Source: Acidimicrobiales bacterium
GTDB taxonomy: Bacteria; Actinomycetota; Acidimicrobiia; Acidimicrobiales; Bog-793
Assembly: GCA_035294725.1 (NCBI GenBank)
Contig: DATGKK010000019.1
Span: 594-64,593 of the forward strand
DNA: 64,000 bases
Direction of reading: 5' to 3'
Shown: piece after piece, positions 46,928 to 55,890 of the stretch
How positions within the stretch are numbered: the first letter of the stretch is position 1
How the letters are laid out: every line of letters begins with the position of its first letter
The notes under the pieces: model-generated
What the model saw: only the letters and a program-made list of their open reading frames with translations
Databases searched by the model: none
What the model was told of the DNA's origin: nothing
Translations under genes and position numbers: made by a program

Positions 46928-49324
46928 TCAGAGCACATCCCGCCGCTGCAGGAGGAGGAACAACGCGTACCCGGGGGGGATGGGGAGCCAGAAGGTCGCG
47001 ATGCGGAACAGGAGGACTCCCGCGACGGCATCGCGGGCGGGGATGCCGATGGCCGTCAGGCCGGCGATCAGCACGGCTTCCACGGCCCCGAGACCTCCAG
47101 GCGTAGGGGCGGCGGCTCCGACCGTGTTACCGGCCATGAAGACGGCGGCAGTGGCGATGATCGGCGGGTGGGCGCCGACCGCCTCGAGCGAGGCGACGAG
47201 AGCAAGCCCGTACGCCGCTGTCAGCAGCAGGTTGCCGCCGACTCCCTGGACGAGCCGGAGCGGCTGGGACATGACGTCGAGCAGCTGGGGCCAGACGGCC
47301 TTCACCCGCGGCCAGACCCGCTCCCAGAATGCCCTCTTCGTCCACGGCACGAGCGTGACGAGCACGGCGGCGATCACGACGATGCTCCCGAGCACGGCCA
47401 ACAGGCGCGGGGTCGGGACGATCTTCAGGTTCCCGACGCCGGTGCCGGCGAGCAGGCCCATCACGACGAGCAGTGCGACGGTCACGATGAAGTTGACGAG
47501 CTGGGAGAGCGCCACCGCCGACGCCGTCGTGGCGGCGTCGATCCCCTGCTTGTGCAGGAAACGGCCGTTCACGGCGACGTGGCCAACTGTGGGTGGAGTC
47601 ACGAGGCCGAGGAACGCCCCTGACACCTCGACGAGCGTCCCTTTCAGCACCGAGACTCGCTGGGGCACGAAGGCGACGAGGTTGAGGCTCGAGCCGAGGT
47701 AGGTGAGCGCCGAGCCGAGCACGGCAAGGGCGAACCAGCCGTAGTTCGCATGGCTGAGCGTTCCGAGCAGGTTCACCTTCGAGAGCTGGCCGATCAGCAC
47801 ATAGGCGGCGACGACGAGGGCGACGACGGCGAAGACGGTGCGGAGGCGGAACCGCTCGAGGCGCGTCTCGGGGGCGTCGGGTTGGCCCTCGCCGATCAGC
47901 TCCCGGCGCACCTCCTTCAGGCAGTCCCTCGCCTCCCGCATCGCGGCCCAACCCCAGCTGCTGAGCGCGAGCGGCTGGAGGATGGCGGCGATGTCCTGCT
48001 CGTCACCGGGCCGGTAGCCCGCCCGCATGGCGGCGACGGCTCGCTCGGCCCCGAGCACGGACGCCACCGCTGTGAGCATCTGGGCCACGTCGAGGCGCCT
48101 CACCAGCTCGCCGGCTCCGACGACGGCGTTCTCGAGGGAACGGAAGCCGACGGTGCCGTCCGCCCCGCAGACGAGGTGGTCGACGGCGAGGTCCCGGTGG
48201 GCGACGCCGACGTCGTGGAGGCGGCGGAGGGCGGCAAAGAGCTTGGCGGCCTGGTCGTCCCCCACCTCGCGAGAGATCGGCGGGCCGGTCAGCGGCTCCT
48301 GGGCGAGCACGAGGGTGTCGGGCTCGAAGTGCGCGAGCAGGAGGACCTGTGGCGCCCTCACCTCACGCTGCGAGGCCATGAGGCTGGCAAGGGCTTCGGT
48401 CTCGAGCGCCGTGCGGAGGCTGATGGGCTGGCGGCCGAGAGCGGCACTGCGGAGCCTCAGGATCGACCAGAGGCGCTTCAGGATCCCTGCACCGTGCATC
48501 TCCCGCCCGGCGGACTTGAGCACGACGGGCCGGCCGTCAGCAAGGGTGCCTCGAAGAACGCGGCTCGCCTCGTCTCGCTCGAGGTCGCGGACCTCGATGC
48601 CGGCACGCGACAGCCCTGAGGCGAGCGAGTGGACGCTCGGGCGGCGGACCGTCGTGCGCAACGACCACCTCGTGACGAGCCCGCAGGCGAAGCCGCCGAG
48701 CGCGACGAGCGCGACGGCGAAGAGCGTGATCTCGTTGAGGGCGAGCCCGGTGACGAGGAGCGCTCCCACGGCAAGGCCGCAGTAGCGGCCCCAGCGGTGG
48801 TAGCGGGCCGTGTCCGAGCCGGTGACCGCGGCCACGATGGCAGCGTCCCGCACGAGCGTCGTGCCGTCGGTCGCGCCGAGCATGGCGTGGGCGATCCCGC
48901 CGGTGAACGTGTGCCAGGCGGTCACGAGGCCGGCGGCGAGCAGGGCAGCGCCGATCCCCGCAACGATGGCGTTGAGGCCGTCGCGGCGACGCCGGCGGGT
49001 GAGCGTGACGCCGAGGGCGACGAGGAGCGCCAGAGCCCCGAGCGCGGCGACCACCGCGCAGACGAAGACGATGACTCGCGGCAGGAGGCGCATCGCATGG
49101 GCGACGTCGAAGGTCCAGCGCGCGACCGTGATCGGGAGCAGGTGTGCCGTCACCACGAGCACGAGCGAGGCGGCGATCGAGCCAAGGGCGAGCAGCAGGT
49201 CGGCGGGACGGCGGATGCGGTCCTCTTCCTCCAGGTGCCCCGGGCCCGCCGCCCGCGAGAGGTGAGGCAGGTCGCCCGGGTCTGGTCGTCCGCGGCGCCG
49301 GTAGGAGGCCGCTGGCTCACTCAT
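46928..49324 (-). CDS. Multidomain membrane protein: N-terminal TM region + protein-kinase-like domain + C-terminal flippase-like (LPG_synthase_TM/UPF0104) domain
   Basis: Kinase-like RPVVLKSAG...ETEALASL...LHDVGVAHRDLAVDHLV. C-terminus GGLGAVEAVLIAGLTAIGIPARDAVAGVLLFRIATFWLPIPPGY, typical of UPF0104. Confidence 0.7.
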   Translation of the reverse strand: MSEPAASYRRRGRPDPGDLPHLSRAAGPGHLEEEDRIRRPADLLLALGSIAASLVLVVTAHLLPITVARWTFDVAHAMRLLPRVIVFVCAVVAALGALALLVALGVTLTRRRRRDGLNAIVAGIGAALLAAGLVTAWHTFTGGIAHAMLGATDGTTLVRDAAIVAAVTGSDTARYHRWGRYCGLAVGALLVTGLALNEITLFAVALVALGGFACGLVTRWSLRTTVRRPSVHSLASGLSRAGIEVRDLERDEASRVLRGTLADGRPVVLKSAGREMHGAGILKRLWSILRLRSAALGRQPISLRTALETEALASLMASQREVRAPQVLLLAHFEPDTLVLAQEPLTGPPISREVGDDQAAKLFAALRRLHDVGVAHRDLAVDHLVCGADGTVGFRSLENAVVGAGELVRRLDVAQMLTAVASVLGAERAVAAMRAGYRPGDEQDIAAILQPLALSSWGWAAMREARDCLKEVRRELIGEGQPDAPETRLERFRLRTVFAVVALVVAAYVLIGQLSKVNLLGTLSHANYGWFALAVLGSALTYLGSSLNLVAFVPQRVSVLKGTLVEVSGAFLGLVTPPTVGHVAVNGRFLHKQGIDAATTASAVALSQLVNFIVTVALLVVMGLLAGTGVGNLKIVPTPRLLAVLGSIVVIAAVLVTLVPWTKRAFWERVWPRVKAVWPQLLDVMSQPLRLVQGVGGNLLLTAAYGLALVASLEAVGAHPPIIATAAVFMAGNTVGAAAPTPGGLGAVEAVLIAGLTAIGIPARDAVAGVLLFRIATFWLPIPPGYALFLLLQRRDVL

Positions 49325-49575
49325 ATTGCGAGACGCCCCCCTGCCGAGCCGTTCCTCCCGCTACCCTTTCCCTGCCTCGCGGCGGCGCAAGGGACCCCGG
49401 GGTGCAACGGGGCCGACCCTGTGCACGGGGAGGCAGCTGTCGCCGACGCCGGTGCCACGCCCTCAAGGCTTCCAGGAATCCCGCCGCCGCACCACCGTGA
49501 ACGGCACACGTTCGCCGCCGCGCCCGGCCCGCCGAGGTGATGCGCCGGAGGCTGCCGGGCTGGTAGACGGGGGGC

Positions 49576-50514
49576 ATGGAACTTCGCGTCTTCACCGAGC
49601 CGCAGCAGGGTGCCACCTACGAGCAGCTGCTGGCTGTGGCGCGTGTCGCCGAGGAGTGCGGCTACGGCGCCTTCTTCCGCTCTGACCACTTCCTCCGGAT
49701 GGGGGGCGGAGAACCGGGGCCGGGGCCGACTGAGTCGTGGGTGACGCTGGCGGGGATCGCCCGGGAGACGAGCACGATCCGCCTCGGCACCCTCGTCACC
49801 TCGGCCACCTTCCGCCTTCCGGGCGTCCTCGCCATCACGGTCGCCGAGGTGGACGCGATGAGTGGCGGCCGGGTCGAGCTCGGGCTCGGGGCGGGCTGGT
49901 TCGAACAGGAGCACCGGGCCTATGGCATCCCCTTCCCCCCTCTCGGCGAGCGCTTCGAGCGGCTCGCCGAGCAGCTCGAGCTGATCGAGGGGCTCTGGCA
50001 GTGCGAGGTGGGCTCCACCTACTCGTTCGAGGGTCGCCATTACCGGATCGAGGAGAGCCCCGGGCTGCCGAAGCCTCTCCAGCGCCCGCGCCCGCCCGTC
50101 ATCGTCGGTGGCCACGGCACGAAACGGACGCCGGCCCTCGCGGCTCGCTTCGCGGACGAGCTCAACGTCGCCTTTGCCTCAGCCGACGACTGCCGCAGGC
50201 TCTACGACATCTCCGATCGCGCCTGCGAGGAGGCCGGACGGGATCCGGGCTCGCTCGTGCGCTCCGCCACCCTCGTGCTGTGCTGCGGCAGGGACGAGTC
50301 CGAGGTGGAGCGGAGGGCGGCGGCGATCGGGCGGGCACCGGACGAGCTGCGCCGTCACGGCGCCGCCGGCACCGTCGAGGAGGTCGTGGCGACGCTCCGG
50401 CGTTACGGCGACGCCGGAGCGAGCCGGATCTACCTCCAGCTGCTCGACCTTTCGGATCTCGACCACCTTCGACTCGTGAGCGAGGAGGTGTTGCCATGCG
50501 TGTTGGAGTGCTGA
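49576..50514 (+). CDS. Luciferase-like (LLM) F420-dependent oxidoreductase
   Basis: MELRVFTEPQQGATYEQLLAVARVAEECGYGAFFRSDHF...GRVELGLGAGWFEQEHRAYGIPFP. Confidence 0.85.
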   Translation: MELRVFTEPQQGATYEQLLAVARVAEECGYGAFFRSDHFLRMGGGEPGPGPTESWVTLAGIARETSTIRLGTLVTSATFRLPGVLAITVAEVDAMSGGRVELGLGAGWFEQEHRAYGIPFPPLGERFERLAEQLELIEGLWQCEVGSTYSFEGRHYRIEESPGLPKPLQRPRPPVIVGGHGTKRTPALAARFADELNVAFASADDCRRLYDISDRACEEAGRDPGSLVRSATLVLCCGRDESEVERRAAAIGRAPDELRRHGAAGTVEEVVATLRRYGDAGASRIYLQLLDLSDLDHLRLVSEEVLPCVLEC

Positions 50515-51527
50515 CCGGGGGCGGCGACTGCCCAGGGCTCAACGCGGCGATCCGGGCAGTCGTCCGCAAGGCGGTCGTCGGCTACGGCGACGAGGTCGTC
50601 GGCTACCTCGATGGCTGGCGGGGTGTCGCCGAGGGCGAGAGCCGCCCACTCGACGTGGAACGGTGCCGGGGCATCCTGCCTCGTGGCGGCACGATCCTTG
50701 GCACCTCGAGGACGAACCCGTTCAAACTCGACGGCGGCCCGGAGCGCGCCGTGGCGACACTCGAGCGAGATGGCATCGAGGCGCTCGTCGCCATCGGTGG
50801 CGAGGACACGCTCGGGGTGGCCGATCGCCTCGGGAGCCTTGGCGTACCGGTCGTCGGCATCCCGAAGACCATCGACAACGACCTCTCGGCGACGGACGTC
50901 ACGATCGGCTTCGACACGGCCGTGCAGATCGCGACCGAGGCGGTGGACCGGCTCCACACCACGGCCGAGTCCCACGACCGGATCATCGTCTGCGAGGTCA
51001 TGGGCCGCCATGCCGGCTGGATCGCCACCTACTCGGGCATCGCGGGAGGCGCCGCCGCCATCCTCGTGCCGGAGGAGCCATTCCACATCGACGCCGTCTG
51101 CGAGTACCTGACGCGCCGGCACGCGAAGGGTCGCTTCGCGTCGATCGTCGTCGCCGCCGAGGGCGCGCTGCCAGCCGAGGGCACGATCGAGGTCGCCTCA
51201 CCCGAGCTCGACCAGTTCGGCCACCCCCGCCTCGGTGGGATCGGCAGCACGGTGGCAGAGGAGATCGAGCGGCGGACGGGCTTCGAGTCGAGGGTCACGA
51301 TCCTCGGCCACGTCCAACGGGGCGGGACGCCGAGCGCGGCAGACCGCCTGCTCGCGACGCGCTTTGGCACGGCCGCCGTCGACACCGTGCACGACGGAGG
51401 CTGGCGCCAGATGGTCGCCGCGCACGGCCTTGCGATCGAGCGGGTACCGATCGCGGATGCGGTGGCGAAGCTGAAGACGCTCGATACGGGGCTGTTCCGA
51501 TCGGTGGCCGAGGTCTTCTTCGGCTGA
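50496..51527 (+). CDS. pfkA: 6-phosphofructokinase (ATP- or PPi-dependent)
   Basis: MRVGVLTGGGDCPGLNA, IGGEDTLG, GIPKTIDNDL, MGRHAGWIA. ATG 50496 follows GAGGAGGTG and overlaps the LLM gene by 19 nt. Confidence 0.92.
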   Translation: MRVGVLTGGGDCPGLNAAIRAVVRKAVVGYGDEVVGYLDGWRGVAEGESRPLDVERCRGILPRGGTILGTSRTNPFKLDGGPERAVATLERDGIEALVAIGGEDTLGVADRLGSLGVPVVGIPKTIDNDLSATDVTIGFDTAVQIATEAVDRLHTTAESHDRIIVCEVMGRHAGWIATYSGIAGGAAAILVPEEPFHIDAVCEYLTRRHAKGRFASIVVAAEGALPAEGTIEVASPELDQFGHPRLGGIGSTVAEEIERRTGFESRVTILGHVQRGGTPSAADRLLATRFGTAAVDTVHDGGWRQMVAAHGLAIERVPIADAVAKLKTLDTGLFRSVAEVFFG

Positions 51528-51551
51528 GGGCGCCGGCGAGCTGCAGGGACG

Positions 51552-51619
51552 GCGGGGGCGACCCCCCGGAGCTGACCGACGGGCGGGTGGCCCCGGGGGC
51601 AGAGGGGCCCCCACCCGTC
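51552..51619. terminator. GC-rich hairpins in the pfkA/STAS convergent gap (possible tail-less terminators)
   Basis: CGGGGGCGACCCCCCG at about 51552-51567. The imperfect arms GACGGGCGGGTGGCCCC (51578-51594) and GGGGCCCCCACCCGTC (51604-51619) follow. No U-tract follows on either strand. Confidence 0.35.
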
Positions 51620-51728
51620 AGCAGCAAAAACTACCAGCGCGAGAGAGAAGCCGCTTGCACACTGCGCAGCTTGAGGTTCGATCGCGCCCTGAGGAGGCTC
51701 AGCTCACGTCTGCCGGACTGCCAGATCT

Positions 51729-52106
51729 TCAGGCCGTCGGCGAGGCGGGCGAGTCCGGGACCGCGTCGTCGGTGGAAAAGAGCGAGTCGATTCCCGTGAT
51801 GGTGAGGATCCTCTGGATCCGTCCCGGCACGTTGCGGAGCCGGACCTCTCCGTCAAGCGTGCCCGCCCGCTTCCTCGCCATGATCAGCACCGAGATGATG
51901 GTGGAGTCGATGAACGAGAGCTCCGCAAGGTCGAGGACGACGTTGCCGTGACCCTCGGCGAGCGCCTTCAGCAGCTCCTCGCGAAGGTCCGTGGCGGCGC
52001 GCAGGTCCATCTCGCCCGAAAGGCGCAGGCAGGGTGGGACTGAGCCCTGCTCGTGGTGGATCTCGAACATGAGCGGCTCACCGCCGAACGGGGTGGGACC
52101 GGTCAT
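51729..52106 (-). CDS. STAS-domain anti-sigma-factor antagonist
   Basis: LRLSGEMDLRAATDLREELLKAL...VVLDLAELSFIDSTIISVL, with the phosphorylatable Ser context FIDST. The ATG overlaps the upstream stop (ATGA at 52103-52106). Confidence 0.85.
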   Translation of the reverse strand: MTGPTPFGGEPLMFEIHHEQGSVPPCLRLSGEMDLRAATDLREELLKALAEGHGNVVLDLAELSFIDSTIISVLIMARKRAGTLDGEVRLRNVPGRIQRILTITGIDSLFSTDDAVPDSPASPTA

Positions 52107-52636
52107 TCCCCGACGACCTCGTGCGCGATGGCTGCGAACCTGCTGAGCGGCCACGGGGTCGGCGTGCCCCCGGCCAGCTGGGTGATGAGCTCGCCGAGGA
52201 ACCAGTGCCGAAAGGCCTTCGACGGCGCCGACGTCGCGACGCTGAGGAGGTGCTCGCCTTGCCGGCAGTACTCGTCGGCGGCGTCGAGCGCCTCGGCGAG
52301 CCGCCGGATGTCGGCTGCCGAGCGCCTTGGCAGCCGGTACTCGAGGCGGTCGATGACGCTCTCGCCTGCCGCACGCGCTGCGGCGAGGCGACGTGCCTGG
52401 TCGTGACCGATGGCGCCGTAGTCCCGCTCGAGCTCCTCGATGAGGTCCATCAGCTGCGAGGGCACGTCCGCGACCTCCCGGTCGCGGTTGAGCGCGATCA
52501 CGGCGAGCTCCCGCATGAGGTCCCTCGCCTCGTCGTCCGCACGCTCCCAGATTGCAACTGGAAGGTCGAGGAGGACGACGGCGACCAGCTCCTCGTGGCC
52601 GGCACGTGCCGCCGACGGGCGTTCCTGCGCGCTCAC
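52103..52636 (-). CDS. Uncharacterised 177-aa protein embedded between the RsbW-like kinase and the STAS antagonist
   Basis: High GC3 throughout. The GTG overlaps the upstream stop (GTGA) and its own stop overlaps the STAS ATG. It is acidic, appears helical, and I recognise no motif in it. Confidence 0.7.
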   Translation of the reverse strand: MSAQERPSAARAGHEELVAVVLLDLPVAIWERADDEARDLMRELAVIALNRDREVADVPSQLMDLIEELERDYGAIGHDQARRLAAARAAGESVIDRLEYRLPRRSAADIRRLAEALDAADEYCRQGEHLLSVATSAPSKAFRHWFLGELITQLAGGTPTPWPLSRFAAIAHEVVGE

Positions 52637-53136
52637 GCGCTCCTGCCCTTGGACGCCACGCCCGGCCCGAACGAACGAAGGTCGCGGCGCGGATCGAGCA
52701 CCCGGACGCCTCCCGCCGGCGAGCCCGAAGCGCCGAGCGACCCGGGCCGCCGGCTCCCGCCCGCGTCAGAGAACTCGGCCCACACCGCCTTGCCGGGGTG
52801 ACGCGCCTCGTAGCCCCACGAGCTGGCGAGGGCGGCGACGAGGTGGAGTCCTCTCCCGGTCGTGCTCGAGGCGAGGTGCCCTCTCATGGACGGCATCGTG
52901 GCCGACCAGTCGCAGACCTCGATCCGGAGGGAGCCGTCGTAGCTGACCCTGAGCTCGATCTCGGTCTTGGCATGGAGGACGGCGTTCGTCACGAGCTCGC
53001 TCAGCACCACGCTCACGTCATAGTCGAGGTCGTCGAGGTCCCACTCCTCGAGCTGCCGCGAGATCCACCGCCGAGCCCGTCCCACACTTGACGGATGCGG
53101 CTCGAGCGTGATCTCGGCTGATCGCACGTCCGTCAA
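52633..53136 (-). CDS. RsbW/SpoIIAB-type anti-sigma factor serine kinase (HATPase_c_2)
   Basis: N-box VLSELVTNAVLHA, G-box TTGRGLHLVAAL. The start is uncertain: TTG 53136 or GTG 53127. The ORF track extends to 53277. Confidence 0.8.
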   Translation of the reverse strand: MTDVRSAEITLEPHPSSVGRARRWISRQLEEWDLDDLDYDVSVVLSELVTNAVLHAKTEIELRVSYDGSLRIEVCDWSATMPSMRGHLASSTTGRGLHLVAALASSWGYEARHPGKAVWAEFSDAGGSRRPGSLGASGSPAGGVRVLDPRRDLRSFGPGVASKGRSA

Positions 53137-53249
53137 TGGTAGGGCGTTAGGCCCGCCAGGGAGGCCGATGCCGGCGGGAGCACCCGGGAGCGGGCGCCTC
53201 GCCGGGTCGCTAGACAGGGCGGTGCGACCCGCTGAGAAGGAGGAGAGCA

Positions 53250-53573
53250 ATGCCGCAACCGCTGTCACGTGAACCATTGACCGGGGAGGAGATCGAGCGC
53301 CGGCTCGCGTCCGGCCTCGAGGGGTGGTCGAGCACGGAGGTGCCGGGCAAGGGGAGGTGTCTCGAGAAGGAGCTCCGCTTTCCCGACTTCGTCGAGGCTT
53401 TCTCGTTCATGGCAGGGCTGGCCCTGGTGGCCGAGCGCCTCAACCACCACCCCGAGTGGTCCAACGTCTACAACCGCGTCCACCTCGTGCTCTCGACCCA
53501 CGACGCGGGAGGAGTCACCGAGTACGACTTCGCCCTCGCGGAGGCCGCAGAGCGCCTCGCCCGGCGGAGCTGA
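53250..53573 (+). CDS. Pterin-4-alpha-carbinolamine dehydratase
   Basis: FPDFVEAFSFMAGLALVAERLNHHPEWSNVYNRVHLVLSTHDAGGVT. The ATG is preceded by GAAGGAGGAG. Confidence 0.87.
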   Translation: MPQPLSREPLTGEEIERRLASGLEGWSSTEVPGKGRCLEKELRFPDFVEAFSFMAGLALVAERLNHHPEWSNVYNRVHLVLSTHDAGGVTEYDFALAEAAERLARRS

Positions 53574-53683
53574 GGCGGGCCGGCGGCGGCGCGCGAGCTC
53601 CGGGCCGGAAGCTCTCCGGGCTCCCGCCAGCGGGCCGTGCTAGCAAGTACGGCGCGAGCGCACCGTCGACGCAAGGAGGGCTG

Positions 53684-55054
53684 TTGCACGAGTGGACCGA
53701 GGAGACCGAGCAGCTCGCGGCTGCCATCGTCGCCTACACCCAGGGGCGCCTCCACCTGCGGCCGGTCCCGCTCGACGGCCCGCGCAGCCCGGGCGAGCTC
53801 GCCGCAGAGGCCGGAGCGACGATCACGCCGGAGGGGATCGGGGGAGCCGAGGCGCTTCGCATCTTCGCGGACGTGCTCGCTCCCGCCTGCATCTCGATCG
53901 ACCATCCTCGCTACTTCTCCTTCATCCCGTGCGCGCCGACGCCGGCGAGCACGCTGTTCGACCTCGTGGTCGGGGCTTCCTCCATCTACGGAGGTAGCTG
54001 GCTCGAGGGTGCAGGTGCTGTCTACGCAGAGAATCAGGCGCTGCGGTGGCTTGCGGATCTCGCCGGGTTCCCGCCCGAGGCCGGCGGGGTCTTCGTCCAG
54101 GGGGGAACGCTCGCCAACCTGTCCGCCCTGATCGCGGCGCGGCACCGGGCGGCCAAGCGGTTCGCCGGGAGCGGCGCCGCGGGCCGGCGCTTCGCCTTCG
54201 CGGCGAGCGCCGAGGCGCACTCCTCCGTGACGAGCGCCGCCGCCGCGATGGACGTCGACCTCATCGGCGTCGAACCCGACGGCTCCGGCCGGCTTACCGC
54301 CCCCGCCCTTGCCGCCGCGCTCGAGCAGTCGGCGGATGAGCATCCCGAGCGGATCCCGTTCGCCGTCGTCGCCACGGCGGGCACGACGAACCTCGGGATC
54401 GTCGACGACCTCGACGGCGTGGGCGAGGTCGCGCGCTCGCTCGGGCTGTGGCTGCACGTCGACGGCGCCTATGGCGCCGCTGCCCTTGCCGCCCCGAGCA
54501 GGCGAGAGCTCTTCAACGGGATCGAGCTCGCCGACTCGTTCGTCGTCGATCCCCACAAGTGGCTGTTCGCACCCTTTGACTGCGCGGCCCTCCTGTACCG
54601 CGACCCGCAGGCCGGCCTCGAGGCCCACCGCCAGCACGCCGCCTACCTCGAGCCGCTCCGGACCGGTGACGAGTGGAGCCCGTCGGACTACGCCCTCCAT
54701 CTCACCCGTCGCGCCCGCGGGCTGCCCTTTTGGTTCTCGCTCGCCTCCTACGGCACGCGGGCTTACTCCGAGGCAGTCGAGCGCACCCTCGAGGTTGCCG
54801 GTTACGCGACCCGCCAGGTGCGCGAGCGTGAGTACCTTGAGCTCGTCGCCGAGCCGCAGCTGTCCATCGTGGCCTTCCGGCGTCGCGGCTGGCCGGACGA
54901 GCGCTACGACGCCTGGTCGGCCGAGCTGCTCGCGAGCGGCACGGCCTTCGTGGTGCCGACCCGGCATGAGGGCACGGCGGCAGTACGGCTGGCCGTCGTC
55001 AACCCACGCTCAACCGAGGAGGACGTCGACATCGTCCTCGACTCGCTCGCCTGA
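53684..55054 (+). CDS. Group II PLP-dependent (aromatic amino acid/glutamate-type) decarboxylase
   Basis: HPRYFSFIPCAPTP, GGTLANLSAL, HVDGAYGAA, DPHKWLFAPFDC (PLP lysine). TTG 53684 lies 5-6 nt after AAGGAGG. The ORF-track start (53324) overlaps the previous gene. Confidence 0.85.
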   Translation: MHEWTEETEQLAAAIVAYTQGRLHLRPVPLDGPRSPGELAAEAGATITPEGIGGAEALRIFADVLAPACISIDHPRYFSFIPCAPTPASTLFDLVVGASSIYGGSWLEGAGAVYAENQALRWLADLAGFPPEAGGVFVQGGTLANLSALIAARHRAAKRFAGSGAAGRRFAFAASAEAHSSVTSAAAAMDVDLIGVEPDGSGRLTAPALAAALEQSADEHPERIPFAVVATAGTTNLGIVDDLDGVGEVARSLGLWLHVDGAYGAAALAAPSRRELFNGIELADSFVVDPHKWLFAPFDCAALLYRDPQAGLEAHRQHAAYLEPLRTGDEWSPSDYALHLTRRARGLPFWFSLASYGTRAYSEAVERTLEVAGYATRQVREREYLELVAEPQLSIVAFRRRGWPDERYDAWSAELLASGTAFVVPTRHEGTAAVRLAVVNPRSTEEDVDIVLDSLA

Positions 55055-55075
55055 GGCCAAACTGCCGGGTCCGGC

Positions 55076-55795
55076 TCAGGCTCCGACTGCGAGCGCCACG
55101 TCGGTCGAGCACCGGACGGGCCAGAGGTAGTCGTCGGGATCGAGCGGCGGCCGACCCTCGCTCCGGCAGTACTCGTCGAAGCTCTCAGCCCACGAGCGGT
55201 GCCAGGTGCGCTGCAGCTCGGTCAGGTGGCCCGGGTCGAGCCTGCCAGCCTCTGGCCAGCGCCGGCCGATCTCGCGAGCGAGCGCCACGGCGGCGGCGGC
55301 ATCGACCCCGGCATCGTGAGCGCGGTTGAGGGCGATGCCGTAGTGCTCGCAGAGCGCGTCGAGGCGCCGCTTGCCGGGACGCTCAGGGTCGACGTAGCGA
55401 TCGATGACGAGGGGGTCGATCACGAGGTCCCAGTCCATGGGAGGCAGGCCGGCCCTCGCGAACAGGGCCGCCGCGATCGTCACGTCGAAGCTCGCGTTCA
55501 TGGCCACGATCGGGACGGCCTCCCTCGCCGCCTTCTCCAACTCCCTGCGGACACGAACGGCGGTCAGGTCGAGCGGCCAGCCCTCCGCCCGCGCTAGCTC
55601 GCCGGAGATGCCGTGGATGGCGACTGCGCCGTCGGGCACGTCGCAGCCCGGGTCGACGAGCCAACTGGCCGTGCGACCACCGCCCCTCCCGTCGCACCAG
55701 ACGAGAGCGACCTGCACCGGCACGTCGTGCAGCGGATCGGTCCCTGTCGTCTCGAAGTCGAGACCGACCAGCGGACCGTCGAACCAGCTGGCCAT
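55076..55795 (-). CDS. DEDDh 3'-5' exonuclease (DnaQ-like)
   Basis: ExoI GLDFETTG, ExoII VAMNASFDV, ExoIII HDAGVDAAA. Confidence 0.8.
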   Translation of the reverse strand: MASWFDGPLVGLDFETTGTDPLHDVPVQVALVWCDGRGGGRTASWLVDPGCDVPDGAVAIHGISGELARAEGWPLDLTAVRVRRELEKAAREAVPIVAMNASFDVTIAAALFARAGLPPMDWDLVIDPLVIDRYVDPERPGKRRLDALCEHYGIALNRAHDAGVDAAAAVALAREIGRRWPEAGRLDPGHLTELQRTWHRSWAESFDEYCRSEGRPPLDPDDYLWPVRCSTDVALAVGA

Positions 55796-55890
55796 GTCAG
55801 CACCCTACGCGTCGGCTGTAGCGAGCGCGCGGACCGTCGGGGCGCGAAGGTCCGGGATCCGGCGCGCCGCAGCCGGCACCTTCGCGCTGC

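Noticed and set aside
49737-50495. Upstream 250 aa of the 596-aa ORF that ends as phosphofructokinase (apparent LLM-PFK fusion)
   Set aside because: It is an alternate frame of the LLM oxidoreductase gene. PFK has its canonical N-terminus MRVGVLTGGGDCPGLNA, with a strong Shine-Dalgarno sequence at 50496.
53229-53250. parS-like half-site TGTCACGTGAACCA at the start of the pterin dehydratase gene
   Set aside because: Only the right half approximates parS, and the left half matches about 2 of 5 positions. It also lies about 40 kb from the parAB locus in a coding start region.
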